Source of the DNA: Mobula hypostoma
Taxonomy: Eukaryota
Length of the DNA stretch: 64,000 nucleotides
NCBI RefSeq assembly: GCF_963921235.1
Contig: NC_086098.1
Span: forward strand, 121,334,001 to 121,398,000
Reading direction: 5' to 3'
The position numbers and the translations under genes were made by a program. Within the stretch, counting starts at the first letter, position 1. Each line of letters begins with the position of its first letter. The notes below the pieces were generated by a model, which worked only from the letters and a program-made list of their open reading frames with translations, did not search any database and was not told the DNA's origin. Positions 1-30,766 of the stretch are shown here, in pieces.

Positions 1-600
1 AGGAACTTGACACTGCTCATCCTTTCCAGTGCTGATCCCTCGAGGAGGACTGGTGTATTCCCTCCACTTTCCCTTCCTAAAGTCCACAGTCAATTCCCTG
101 GTCTTACTGACATTGAGTGCAAGGTTGTTGTTGTGACACCACTCAACCGGCTGATCTATCTTGCTCCTCTACATTTCCTTGTCACCACCTGATATTCTAC
201 TAACAATAGTTGTGTCATCAGCAAGTTGATTCTAGCTATGACCAACCTCTCAAAGCACTTTATAGCAGCAGATGTGAGTGCCACTGGGCAATAATCATTG
301 GCGCAGCTCACCTTGGGCACTGGTAAGATCGTTGTCGTTCTGAAGAAGCAGGTGGCAGCCTCCAGCTGTAGCAGTCAGAGATTGCAGGTGCCCTTGAACA
401 CTCTTGCCAGTTGGTTGGCGCAGGTTTTCAGAGACCTACGAGGTAGACCATCAGACCCTAATGCCTTCCAAGAACTCACCCTCTTGAAAGATGTTCTGAG
501 GTCAGATTCCGAGACAGAGATCACAAGATCACCGGATGCTGCAGGAGTGTACATAGGTATCGTTTCATTCTCCCTTTCAAAGATTGCATAAAAGGCGTGC
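1..600 (-). mobile_element. Rex1/Babar-type LINE fragments
   Basis: ORF 375..635 (FYAIFE..VSESDLRTSFKRV..ALGSDGLP..LKTCANQLARVF) resembles the pre-RT region of Rex1/Babar. Confidence 0.75.
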
Positions 601-949
601 ATAAAATCCTGTGACCTGTTAAGCATTTTCAACATTTCTGGTTTTATTTCAGATTTCCAGCATCTACAGTTTTTTTAGATTTTTGGTTACTGGAGATACA
701 GAGCTTGCAATCAGGGGCTAAGAAATGTCAGCACGTACATTAACTTATTGAAGTACATTAATTTATGTCTTGGCACTATAGATTCTGTGCTCTCGAGGAA
801 GTGTGCATAACGTGTTTGTGAGTCGAATTTAATGTAAGTTATTGAACACTATGGACTCTCACATTCGATTGTGTTTGCAAAATCCAGTGTCTGGCGAGAT
901 AGCCAAAGAACATGAACTAATATTTTTCTGATGTTAGTTCTAAAGTAAT

Positions 950-2030
950 TGTGGTTTACAGCCACCAATACTAACATCCCCTCAAAACTTATCAGAAGTT
1001 CTGAGACCTTGGCCTCTATACCTCCTGTCCACCATTTTCTCAGTTGCAGACCCCAGTCAGAACAGATTGGCAACAGTATCTTTTCCACAATCACCATTAG
1101 CACAGACGCACCACAAAGCTATATGCTTGGGCCCCCTGCTGCACTTGCTTTACACCTATGACTGTGAGGCTAAGTGCAGCCCCAATGCCATATTTAACCT
1201 TGCTAATGACACCAGTGTTGCTGGCCGAGTCAAAGGTGGTGATGAATAGACATCTAGCAGGGAGAGTGAAAATCTGGTTGAATGGTGTTGCAACAATCTC
1301 ACACTCAACATCAGCAAAACTGAAGAGTTGATTATCGACCATAGAAGAAAGAAATCGGAGGTCCATGAGCCTGTCCTCATTAAGTGATCAAAGGTGGAGA
1401 GGGATAGTAACTTTAAAAATGTTGGTTGTTATCATATAAGAGAATCTGTCCTGGGACCTTCCCTTCTTACAAAGATTCAGAATGTCATCTAAAACTTTGA
1501 CGAACTTATATAGATGTAGAGTGGAGAGTATCCTGACTGGTTGCATCTCAGCCTGGCATGGAAACACCAATGCCCAAGGTGGATACAGCCCAGTCCACCA
1601 CAGTCAAAGCCCTCCCCACCACTGAGCACATCTACAAGCAGCACTGCCCATGAGGAAGCAGCATCCATCATCTCGGACCCCACCATCAAGGCCATTCTCT
1701 CTTCTCCCTACTACCATTGGTAGAGTAGGAGCTACAGGAGCCTTGGGTGCCTCACCACCAGGTTCAGGAAGTTACGATTCTTCCACCATCAGGCTCCTGA
1801 GCCAACATGGATAACTTCACTCACCTCAACTCTGAACTGATTCCACAACTCATGGACTCTCTTTAAGGACTCTACACTCATGTTCTCAGTATTATTTATT
1901 TACTGTATTTTCACAGTTTGTTTATTGTGACATTGCTTGTTTGACCTCCTTTATTTGAGTGTAGTTTCTCATTGATTCTATTATGTTTCTTTATTCTATT
2001 GCAAGAAAGTGACTCTCAGGGTAGTATGGT
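950..2030 (+). mobile_element. Degenerate Rex1/Babar LINE 3' portion
   Basis: Remnants of LYTYDC...ANDTSV and the following C-terminal blocks, then an AT-rich 3'UTR. Confidence 0.7.
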
Positions 2031-2036
2031 GATATA

Positions 2037-3950
2037 CAGTGTCTTGTAAAGGATTCAGCCCCAATTATTTGTTCACATCATGAAGTACAACAACCAGGGA
2101 TTTCGATCAATTTAACTGAGAATTTCTATTTGTGAATCTCATGCTCCTTTTTTCACAAAGAGCTCAAAAAACAGGGAAAATTGTTAAGCATGAAAAACTA
2201 AAAATTCAAAAAATGTTCAAAAGTATTCACCACCCTTTGCTCAGTGCTTAGTTGAACCATCTCTTGCTTCTACTCCAGCCAGTAGTCTTTTTAGATAAAT
2301 CTCTATTAGTTTAGCACAATGTCAGACATCCCACCTCTCCCGGAAGTTCCAGGAGTCTCCCGCATATTGATAGTGGCTCCCTGACACCCGCAAGTTATAT
2401 ACAATATCCCAGAAATCGATTTTTTGAGAGTGAGTGAGGGAGGGAGGGAGAGAGAGGGGGGGGGGAGAGGAAGGAAGGAAGGAAGGAAGGTAGGTAGGTA
2501 GGTAGGTTCCAGAGTGTTCCAACATATCAAATGTACTTCACCCCAGACTACACTAAAGTGTACCCCTGCCTAATAGGGGTAAAAAATAATGACAGTGTTG
2601 CTCGCTGCGCTGTTTGCAACAGTGACTTTTCTATTGCCCATGGTGGGTTAAATGACTGTAAAAGACATGTTGAGGTGAGTTTAACAAGTGTCATTCATTC
2701 ATTACATTTGCCCATTCCTCCTTGCAAAATTGTTCAGGCTGTGCCAGGTTAGTTGGGGAGCGGCGGTGAACAGCAATCTTGAGGTCTTACTAGAGATGTT
2801 CGATCAGATTAAGATCAGGACTTTGGGCCACTCAAGGACATGAATTTTCTTCATTTGACACCACTCCATGGTTGCTCTGGCAGTGTGCTTTGGGTCGTTG
2901 TCCTTCTGAAAGACCAACTTCCTCCCCAGTTTAAGCTTTCTGTTTAAACCTGTTAAGAGATTAACAGGTTTTTATCCAGGATCTCTCTATATTCAGCAGT
3001 GTTCATCTTCCCATCAATCTTGACCATATTTCTAGCCCCTGGTGCTAAAAAGCATCCCCATAGTATGATGTTACCTCCACCATACTTTACTGTAGGAGTG
3101 GTGTTACCTGGCTTATGTGCAGTATTAGATTTATGCCACACATACTGCTTAGAGTTGAGGCCAAAAAGTTTCACTTTAGTTTCATCTAACCACAAAACCT
3201 TCTTCCTCATCTTTATAGTATCTTATAAATTACACTTTTTTTTAGCCAGGGCTTCTTCCTTGTCACTCTTATAAATACCCTTTTGTACTAGGCCTTAAAG
3301 ATGGTGGAATCATGAACTTCACCTCCAGATGCAGCCACTGCATCCTGCAGCTCACTCAGAGTGACTGTTGGCCTCTCAGTAGCCTGGCTTACAAGTGCCA
3401 TTCTTCTCCAGCGACACAGTTCGGAGGTGCGGCCTGACTGAGGCAGTGTATCTGTGGTTTCATATTTTTTCCAGTTTTCACAATGGACTGCACTGAGCTC
3501 TAGGGTCTGTTCAGTGCCTTGGAGATGGTCTTGTACCCTTCCTCAGATTTGTGCTTCTCCACTATCATTTCCTTGATTTATCTTGAATGCTCTTTTGTCT
3601 TCATTTTGGTTTGGTCTGTTGGAAATCTACCATACTGTTGGACCCTACAGAGAGAGAAAGTATTTATTCTTATGAATTCATTGAAAACAGCACATCCTCC
3701 AATTTTCTACATCAACAAATGGTGTGAGTTTGTAAGGAGAACCTGGGGAAAATCAACATCGAATCACAAAGGGGATGAATACTTTTTAACAGGTTTTGGA
3801 ATTTTATCTTTTGATTTGACATGATGCACAATGTTTTGTAGATTAGCTCAAAAATCCTACTAAAATATATTTTAAATTTCGAAAATGAGACAATAAAATG
3901 TGAAAATAGTTGTGGGGGGCACGGCCAGAATACTTTTTCAAAACGTGCTT
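2037..3950 (-). mobile_element. Decayed Tc1-like DNA transposon (IR/DR type)
   Basis: TA|CAGTG...ATTCAGCCCC left end; inner AAAAGTATTCA repeat at ~2220 mirrored by GAATACTTTT at ~3777 and ~3928; transposase remnant VLWLDETK...[14 protein letters not shown] (2953..3210). Confidence 0.85.
2323..2705 (+). mobile_element. Truncated DNA-transposon 5' fragment with a BED-type zinc finger (probably hAT), nested in the Tc1
   Basis: Interrupts Tc1 sequence. Encodes ARCAVCNSDFSIAHGGLNDCKRHVE followed by GAG|gtgagt. Internal (GGAA)n/(GGTA)n microsatellite. Confidence 0.6.
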
Positions 3951-4379
3951 TGATAATCAATTTACTTTGAACTTTGTAGCAGAGAGGTGGCCGGAAACAT
4001 TTAGCAGAGCCAATTTCGGGACACGGGCCTTTATCAGCACATTTTATTGCTCCCGTCCCCCAACACCGCAAAGCACCAGTGTTTTCCAGAGGCCACATAC
4101 TTCCCGGAGAATGTGGAGCTTTTAAACAGGCTGGAACAAAGGAGGCTGGGGGAGGGGAGAAGCGGCATTTCGGGCCGGTCTACTATTGAGCTGAACAGCT
4201 TGCTCTCCACCCCCACTCTAATGGCAAGTTGCAGATGAAACTGTCTTTATACACACTAAGTTCGAAACCAGTAAGCATTTGTAATATTTATTTTAAATGC
4301 GCCCATATATGCAGTTTTATTCCCAGGGTTGTGCATTTAGCAGAAAGGTTTATCGATTTTATATTTTTTTAGGCTTCTT

Positions 4380-6930
4380 AAGATTCCTGGGCTCAACATA
4401 TCGATGGAAGTACGAAGAGGTCACGCCAGCGGGGGCGATATTTCATTAGGAGTGTGAGGAGATTTGGTACGGTCACCGACGACTCGACAAATTTCTGCAG
4501 GTGTACATGCTGGTTGCACCACCGTCTGGTATGGAGGGGCCACTACACAGGATCAGAAGACACACACACTAGTTTTCCCTCCGCCATCGGAATTCTGAAC
4601 GGACAATGAACCCACGAACACGACCTCACTATCATTGCTCTCTTTCTGAACTACTTATTGTATATATTTCTTATCATAATTTATCGTACACATTACATAT
4701 TGTACTGTACTGCTGCTGCAGCAAAAAAAATGAATTTATCACCAAACTCTGGACCCTGGGAGTAAGAGCCTCCCTCTGCAACTCGATCCTCGACTTCCTG
4801 ACTGAGACTGCAATCAGTAAGGAAAGACAGCAACACCTCCATCATGATTATTCTAAACGCTGGTGTCTCGCAAGGTAGCATCTTCTGCCCTCTACTGTTT
4901 GCACACGCATGATTCTGCGATTCTGCTCTAACTTCATTTCTAAGTTTGCAGATGATGTTACTGCATTGGGCTGTGCCACAACCATTGTTAAAGACAGGAG
5001 GGAGTTGAGAGGTTAGTAACGTTGTATTATGTCAACAACCTTTCAATATCGACAAAACAAAAGAGCTGGTCATTCGATGACTTCAGGAAGGGGCGCATGC
5101 TCCCGTCTTACATCAACGGAGTTCCTCAGAGCGAACATCACCGATGATGTAGACACCACAGCCTAAAAAAGCTCACCAATGCCTCCATTTACCGAGGAGG
5201 CTAAAGAAATTTGACATGTCCCTATCAGCCCTTACCAATTGTTATCATGCACTACAGAAAGCATCTGATCTGGATGTATCATGGCTTGGTATGGCAACCA
5301 CAAGAAACTGCAAAGAGTTGTGGATACAGGTCAGCGTATCACTGAACCAGTCTCTCCTCCATGGACTTTGTCCATAGAGCTGATTGTGGACTTCAGGAAG
5401 GTAAGATGAAGGAACACATACCAATCCTCATAGAGAGATCAGAAGTGGAGGGAGTGAGCAAGTTCATGTTCCTGGGTGTCAAGATCTCTGAAGATCTAAC
5501 TTGGTCCCAACATATCGATGTAGTTATAAAGAAGGCAAGACAGCGGCTATACTTTATTCGGAGTTTGAAGAGATTTGGCATGTCAAATACACTCAAAAAT
5601 ATCTATAGTTGTACCATGGAGAGCATTCTGACAGGCTGCATCACTGTCTGGTATGGAGGGGCTACTGCACAGGACTGAAAGAAGCTGCAGAAGATTGTAA
5701 ATCTAGTCAGCTCCATCTTGGGTACTAGCCTACGAAGTACCCAGGACATCTTTAGGGAGCGGTGTCTCAGAAAGGCAGCATCCATTATTAAAGACCTCCA
5801 GCACCCAGGACATGCCCTTTTCTCACTGTTACCATCAGGTAGGAGATACAGAAGCCTGAAGGCACACATTCAGTGATTCAGGAACAGCTTCTTCCCCTCT
5901 GCCATCCGATTCCTAAATGGACGTTGAATCTTTGGACACGACATCACTTTTTTAATATACAGTATTTCTGTTTTTGCATGTTGTTTTTTAATCTATTCAA
6001 TATATGTATTTGATTTACTTGTTTATTTATTATTATATTTATTATTTTTTTCTCTTTGCTAGATTATGTATTGCATTGAACTGCTGCAGCTAAGTTAACA
6101 AATTTTACGTCACATGCCGGTGATAATAAACCTGATTTTGATTCTCATTAAGCAGCCAACATAGTCAAAGGCCCCACCCACCCCAGACATTCTCTTCTCT
6201 CCTCTCCCCTCCCATCGGGCAGAAGGTACAAAAGCCTAAATGGACATACCACCAGGCTCAGGGACAACTTCTAACACCACTGTTATAAGACCATTGAATG
6301 GTTCCCTAGTACAATAAAATGGACTTTTGTCCTCCCAATCTACTTCATGTTGATCTTGCGCCGTACTGCTTATTTGCACTGCACTTTCTCTGGAGCTGTT
6401 ATGCTGTATTCTGTGTTTTGTTATTGTTTGGTGAGGGTCAGCAACTTTAAATCCCTCTGTGTTTTCATTTCAAAGGACCCGTCCTGGGCCCAGCACACAA
6501 GTGCCATTACGAAGAAAGCACGGCAGCACCTCTACCTCCTTAGAAGTTTGTGAAGATGTGGCATGGCATCAAAAACTTTGACAATATTCTATAGATGGAG
6601 CGTAAGTTGGCTGCATCACAGCCTAGAATGGAAAATCCTACAAAAAGTAGTGGATATGACCAGTTCACCACGAGTAAAGCCCTTCCCACCATTGAGCATT
6701 GTAGGAAGGCAATGTCTAATATCAGGGGCCCCCACCACCCAGGTCATGGTCTCTTCTCGCTGCTGCCATCAGGGAGGTGGTACAGGTACCTCAAGACCCA
6801 AACTACCGGGTTCAGCAACAGTTACTACCCCTCAGCCATCTGGCTCTAGAACCAGAGGGTTACTGAACTGTTCCCACAACCTATGGACTGTCAAAGACTC
6901 TTCATCTCATGTACTTGATATTTATTGCTT
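4380..6930 (+). mobile_element. Cluster of nested Rex1/Babar LINE 3' fragments, including a younger copy at ~5375-6143
   Basis: FLGVKISEDLTWSQHIDVVIKKARQRLYFIRSLKRFGM...CITVWYG (5361..5678); AATAAA-GATTTT-GATTCT tail at ~6125-6144. Confidence 0.8.
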
Positions 6931-6933
6931 GCC

Positions 6934-7345
6934 TTTAAAAACGCAAACACGAGGAATTCTGCAGATGCTGGAAATTCAAGTTACACACATCAAGTTGCTG
7001 GTGAACGCAGCAGGCCAGGCAGCATCTCTAGGAAGAGGGACAGTCGACGTTTCGGGCCGAGACCCTTCGTCAGGACTAACTGAAGGAAGAGCTAGTAAGA
7101 GATTTGAAAGTGGGAGGGGGAAGGGGGAGATCCAAAATGATAGGAGAAGACAGGACGGGGAGGGACGGAGCCAAGAGCTGGACAGGTGATTGGCAAAGGG
7201 GATATGAGAGGATCATGGGACAGGAGGCCCAGGGAGAAGGAAAAGGGGGAGGGGGGAAGGGTCTCGGCCCAAAACATCGACTGTACCTCTTCCTAGAGAT
7301 GCTGCCTGGCCTGCTGCGTTCACCAGTAACTTTGATGTGTGTAGC
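6934..7345 (-). mobile_element. Short Penelope-like (PLE) insertion with inverted pLTR arms and a 13-bp TSD
   Basis: TTTATTGCTTGCC at 6921-6933 and 7346-7358; ~90-bp inverted arms 6980-7068 and 7256-7345; same pLTR as the GIY-YIG-bearing copy at 62 kb. Confidence 0.85.
7041..7078 (-). ncRNA. Minimal type I hammerhead ribozyme motif (PLE-associated)
   Basis: Minus strand reads TAGTC CTGACGA A GGG TCTCGG CCC GAAAC GTC^GACTG: intact CUGANGA/GAAA/GUC core, stem I TAGTC:GACTG, stem II GGG:CCC, palindromic ACGT stem III. Confidence 0.8.
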
Positions 7346-8119
7346 TTTATTGCTTGCCAGCTCATTTGTTTGTCTATTTATCTATCTATTAATTAATTAT
7401 TATTGTTTTTTAAATTTTATATATGTAGTTTGTTGTCTTTTGAACACTGGTTGTCCACCCTATTGGATGCACTCCTTCATTGGTTCTATTATGGTTATTG
7501 CATCTATTAAGTATGCCTGCAAGAAAATGAATCATGTACTTTGCAAAGTAACATGTACTTTGATAATAAATATACTTTGAACTTTGAAATTTTTACCTTG
7601 TGCTACCTGAACTCATTGTATCTAGGTACCTGTGACAAATATAAACTAATTCAAGTTCTAATTCATTTTCCATTTGGTTTCAGGCTTTCAGCAACTGCCA
7701 TGGTTTCCCCTTCTCTTTCACTCTCTGGCTTTTATTAATAAAGTATCTTGTATGACTTTTTAGACTAGCATATCTACCTGTCATTTACCTTTAAGGCTTT
7801 GTGGATGTGCTCTTTCATACCACTTGATATCCTGCCATTTAATATATATTCTCTCACCTTCTACAATTGAGACTTTTTGTCATTAAATTTGTCAATTATT
7901 TTTGCCACACTGGAATCTAAGAATTTTTTCCTGTTAACTATACAGCTAATTTTTGTATTACCTGCAGACTTATTTATATTTCCCCTTTACATTTTCTACG
8001 TAATTAATGAATAGAACAAAATGTAAGTGACTAGGTGCAAAATAGAGATTTCACTGGTCAACAGTCTGTTTAAAAAAAAACTCATCAATTCTGTCACTAT
8101 TTTGGATGCAGTTTGCCAT

Positions 8120-9300
8120 TCCTTCTTGGATAGGAGGTAGAAAGTGGGAATAAAAGAATTCTTTTCTGGTTGGCTGCCAATGACTAGTGGTATTTTGGAG
8201 GGGTTGGTGTTGGGACCATTTCTTTTTATGCTGTATATCAATGATTTAGATGTTGGAATAGATGGCTTTGGTGCCAAGTTTGTGGAAGATACAAAGATTG
8301 GTGCCACGGACAGTTCATGTTGAGCAAACAGGAAGGCTGCAGAAGAACTTAGACAGATCAGGAGAACAGACAAGGCAACACGCGCAACATGCTGGAGGAA
8401 CTCAGCAGGTTGGGCAGCATCCATGGAAACAAACAGCAACCCCAACATCTGCAGATAATTTTGTGTTTTGGGGAATGGACAAGAGAATGGTAAATGAAAT
8501 ACAATGCTGGAAAGTGCATGGTCATGTACTTTGGTAGAAGAAATAAATGTGCAGACTATTTTCTAAGCAGGGAGAAAATCCAAAAATCTGAGATACAAAG
8601 GGTCTTGGGAGTCCTTGTGCAGAACACCCTAAAGGTTAACTTGCAGGTAAGAGTTGGTGGTGAGGAAGGCAAATGTAATGTTAGCATTCATTTCAAGAGG
8701 GCTAGAATACAACAGCAGGGATGTAATACTCAGGCTTTATAAGGCACTTGTGAGGCCTCACCTCGAGTATTGTGAACAGTTTTGAGCTCCTCATCTAAGA
8801 AAAGATGTGCTGATATTGGAGAGGGTTCAAAGGAGGTTCACAAGGATGATTCTGGGAATGAAAGGGTTATCATACGAGGAACATTTGATAGCTCTGGGTC
8901 TGTACTTACTGGAATTTAGAAGGATGGGGAGGGTATCTCACTGAAATCTTTTGTATGTTGAGAGGCCTAGATAGAGTCGATGTGGAAAGGATGTTTCCCA
9001 TGGTGGGGGAGTCTAGGATCGGAGGGCACAGCCGCAGTATAGAGGGGCATCCATTTAAAACAGAGGAGGAATTCTTTAGCCAGAGGGTGGTGAATGTGTG
9101 GAATTTATTACCACAGGCAGTTGTGGAGGCCAGGTTGATGGGGGTATTTAAGGCAGAGCTTGATAGGTTCTCGATTGAACAACACATCAAAAGTTCTGGG
9201 GAGTGGGCTGAGGAGGGGGAAAAGAGGATCAGCCATGACTGAATGGCGGAGCAGACTTGATGAGCCAAATGCCCTAATTCTGCTCCTATGTCTTATTGTT
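8120..9300 (+). mobile_element. CR1-type LINE 3' fragment
   Basis: RT C-terminus and [21 protein letters not shown]...[14 protein letters not shown]; typical CR1 3'UTR. A small pLTR-like fragment is inserted at ~8370-8460. Confidence 0.85.
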
Positions 9301-9984
9301 CCCATGGGTTTTACTACTTCCACTCGCTTTAATACAGGGGACCTTATCAAAAGCCTTGCTAAAATTCATGTAGACCACATCAAATACACTGCTATCATTG
9401 ATCTTTTTTGTTACCTCTTCAAAGAATTCAATCAAATTAGTCAGACACAACCATCCCTTAAATTGAAGTTGACTGTATTTTATTAATCTGTGCCTTGTTA
9501 AAGAGGTTTAGATCAAACATCAGAACTGATACTAGTTATTTGCCCGACAATGACATTAAACTGCAAGCACTTTTTTAAATTCAGTCTTACAGTATTTTAT
9601 ATTCTGTGTTTTTGCCCAATCTTTCTCCTTTTTTTGTTCGGGGGAGTGGATTTGGGGGTTGATAATAGTGTTGCCACTCTTTTCTTTCTTGGTTTCGTGG
9701 CTACCTGGAGAAGAATTTCAGAGTTGTATACTTTGATAATAAATGAAACTTTGACTTTTGATAAGCCACCATCATTCTTCTCTTTTTTCTCTTGCTACTT
9801 CTAAACACCTTTGAATTTTCATCGAGTTCACTTGCCAGTATTTTTAATTTCCTCTCTTTATTTCCCTTTATTCTCCTCCAATTTCATTCCTATACATTCT
9901 ATATTCTTCAAGGATTCTGGTGTATTAATCTTCCAGTATTTGACAAAAGCCTTTTTGCTTTACTCTGACCTCAATATACTTCAG

Positions 9985-10145
9985 AACAAGAGATCCCAGA
10001 TTCAAATCCAGCCAGCTTCTTGCATGTTTTCCATCCGTGCTGGGTTGAGGCATCGAGCTAGCAACTTGGCCTCATAAAACACACAAATGCAAGAGAAATG
10101 GTATGGTTGCTGCCCAAAGTGCCAAACAAGATGCAGTGAGGAACT
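9985..10145 (+). mobile_element. Older SINE fragment related to the 47.7-kb SINE
   Basis: B-box remnant GATTCAAATCC, then TTTCCATCCGTGCTGGGTTGAG..CGAGCTAGCAACTTGGCCTCATAAAA. Confidence 0.6.
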
Positions 10146-10149
10146 CTCA

Positions 10150-10950
10150 GCGCGCCCTGGATTGTTCTGTACATCATTAACAATTCAACAGCCATACCTT
10201 CCACAGGAGGCTCCACTTAACCTCTGCCTCAGGAGCCATTTCTCAGTGAAGCAGATATCAATGATGAAATTCACTCTCATCTTCACTACACCAATGATTG
10301 AGGAAATGGGTTTGAAGATCAAGACTTCAGATCAGACATAGAATGCATGGTCTATCAAGCAGCAGTGATGCCTTCATATGGCTGCTGTTGGTGGTCCGTC
10401 TTGTGTTTGAGACTCCGGACCACCTACAGCAGGCATCTGAAGGCATTGGAAAAACACTTACAATGCCATCTTCTCCAAGTTGAACAGATGGACAGACAAG
10501 CCAAAATCAGTCTTTTCTCCCAAGCATCCAGATCTTGGTAATGATGGACAGGCCATGTCTTTCATATACCTGACCCCAGGTTCCTGAAACAAATACTCTG
10601 TCTCAGGAAGAGAATACCAGGCTGAGAGAGGAAAAGATTAAACAACGTGCTCAAAATCTTCTTGAAAAAAAAAATCATCTCCCCATCAACTTGTGAGAAT
10701 CCTTGGCCCACAACATGCTAAAGTCAGTGGCAGCCAGGATGGCAAAGGAAATCTAGAGTCAGGTAAATCAGGAAGGAGTCCAGGTCATGAGGATCAGATC
10801 ACTTCCCAAATCAGCCATCCACCCATTCTGGCACCCTCTACTCCATGTGTAGAAGAGTGTGCCATTTCCCCAGTGTTTCATCAGTCACCACAAAATCTCA
10901 CATGGAAGGCCATCCTCAATCCCAATGAAATATTCAGGAAAATGAACCTC
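10150..10950 (+). mobile_element. Decayed RTE-clade LINE fragment
   Basis: MVYQAAVMP..TTYSRHLKALEK resembles the RTE post-RT domain. Confidence 0.6.
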
Positions 10951-11535
10951 CTGAATACTGTTTTTGCACAAAACTCCTCCTTCCCAGCACTCACAGTAAC
11001 TCACACTGCACGGAGCACAAGGCAGGAGCAAGGGGAGTAGGGTAGGCAGTAGAGAAGTTCACCAGTGGAGGTGGGGTAAGAGAGAGCAGCATCATGCAAA
11101 GGGGATTGAGGGTAAAGGAGAGCAAGGATGACAATGAGCAGTGATACAAGAAGGGGTGCTGGTGAGCAGGAAATGGGGAGGAGCAGGGAAGAGGCACAGT
11201 CTGAGACCAACACTGGGGAGGAGGGTTCACATCGCAGCATAGAACTGAGCAGGAAGTTCATCCAGTATTTTATTCAATGCGAGGTCAGTGACTTAATTCT
11301 GCTGTTTCTTTAGTTGCTGAGTCACAGGGAATGAGAATTCACCCTTTCCTCCATCTACTGAGGCCATCTCTCCTACCCTAGTTACAGAAGTCAACAGCTC
11401 CAACCTGAAGCTACTTCTGGGAATCAATGCCAATTTCTACAGCTCTGCTCCACTCTGGGGGAAGGATTTTACACTCCTGGGCCAGAATTGTTGTATTTTT
11501 GTTTAACTAAATAAAAGTTGTACAAGTGACATGCA

Positions 11536-11541
11536 TTTATT
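11536..11541 (-). terminator. Candidate YIPF3 polyadenylation signal AATAAA
   Basis: TTTATT on the + strand about 300 nt past the stop, followed by U-rich sequence on the minus strand. Another candidate lies near 11699. Confidence 0.55.
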
Positions 11542-11841
11542 TAACAATCCAATAACTCTTTCAAGCAATGAGAAATCAAACAACAAAAATCACATATGTA
11601 TTTTTTAAAGTAATGCTCAATTATTTACACTTGTCTTGATCTGTTGACGTGGGGAAGTTTTGAACCACAGCCCCGTCCCTACTAGTATGATGAAGCAGTT
11701 TATTCTGCAGGTACAGGTATGGCTGTCTACAGGAGAGTATAAACACTTCCCCTCAGTACCCTCCACCTTGCACGGTCTGTACGCAGTACCCTCAGATCTC
11801 TGAGAGCAAGAAGGAAACAGAAATCCCAAGATTACGCAGGG

Positions 11842-30524
<18,683 letters not shown>

Positions 30525-30694
30525 CGCCCGTAGCACCGGCGGCCCACCCGAACAGCACTCAGTGGAAGCGGTGACGTGACCTCACGTGATCTCGCTGACC
30601 CAGCTGGGAGGTGGTGGATCTCGCGAGCTTTGCCGACGGGAGGAGCGCTGCACGGCTGTGGAATCTCGCGCAAATTTAAATCCTAGTGTCCGTA
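30525..30694. promoter_or_regulatory. Bidirectional CpG-rich promoter/5'UTRs shared by YIPF3 and POLR1C
   Basis: 170 bp separate the divergent ATGs. CpG-dense. Contains TGACGTGA (30572-30579), TCACGTGA (30582-30589) and TCTCGCGAG (30619-30627). Confidence 0.9.
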
Positions 30695-30766
30695 ATGGCG
30701 GACGGCCGGGAGCGCATCGAGTTGATACGCAACCGAGTGGTTTTGAAGGAGTTCGGTGTCCAGAAC
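30695..30766 (+). CDS. POLR1C: POLR1C exon 1 ([24 protein letters not shown])
   Basis: ATG 30695; AAC|gtgagt. Confidence 0.95.

Noticed and set aside
6563-7580. 208-aa and 158-aa plus-strand ORFs
   Set aside because: They run across a Rex fragment/PLE junction and are antisense to the PLE; no coherent protein.
10970-11330. Purine-rich stretch with several short ORFs
   Set aside because: Low-complexity sequence with no recognisable protein, splice structure or repeat unit.
11510-11515. Plus-strand AATAAA suggesting a convergent gene
   Set aside because: No plus-strand exons were found upstream; it is more simply the U-rich downstream element of the YIPF3 poly(A) site.
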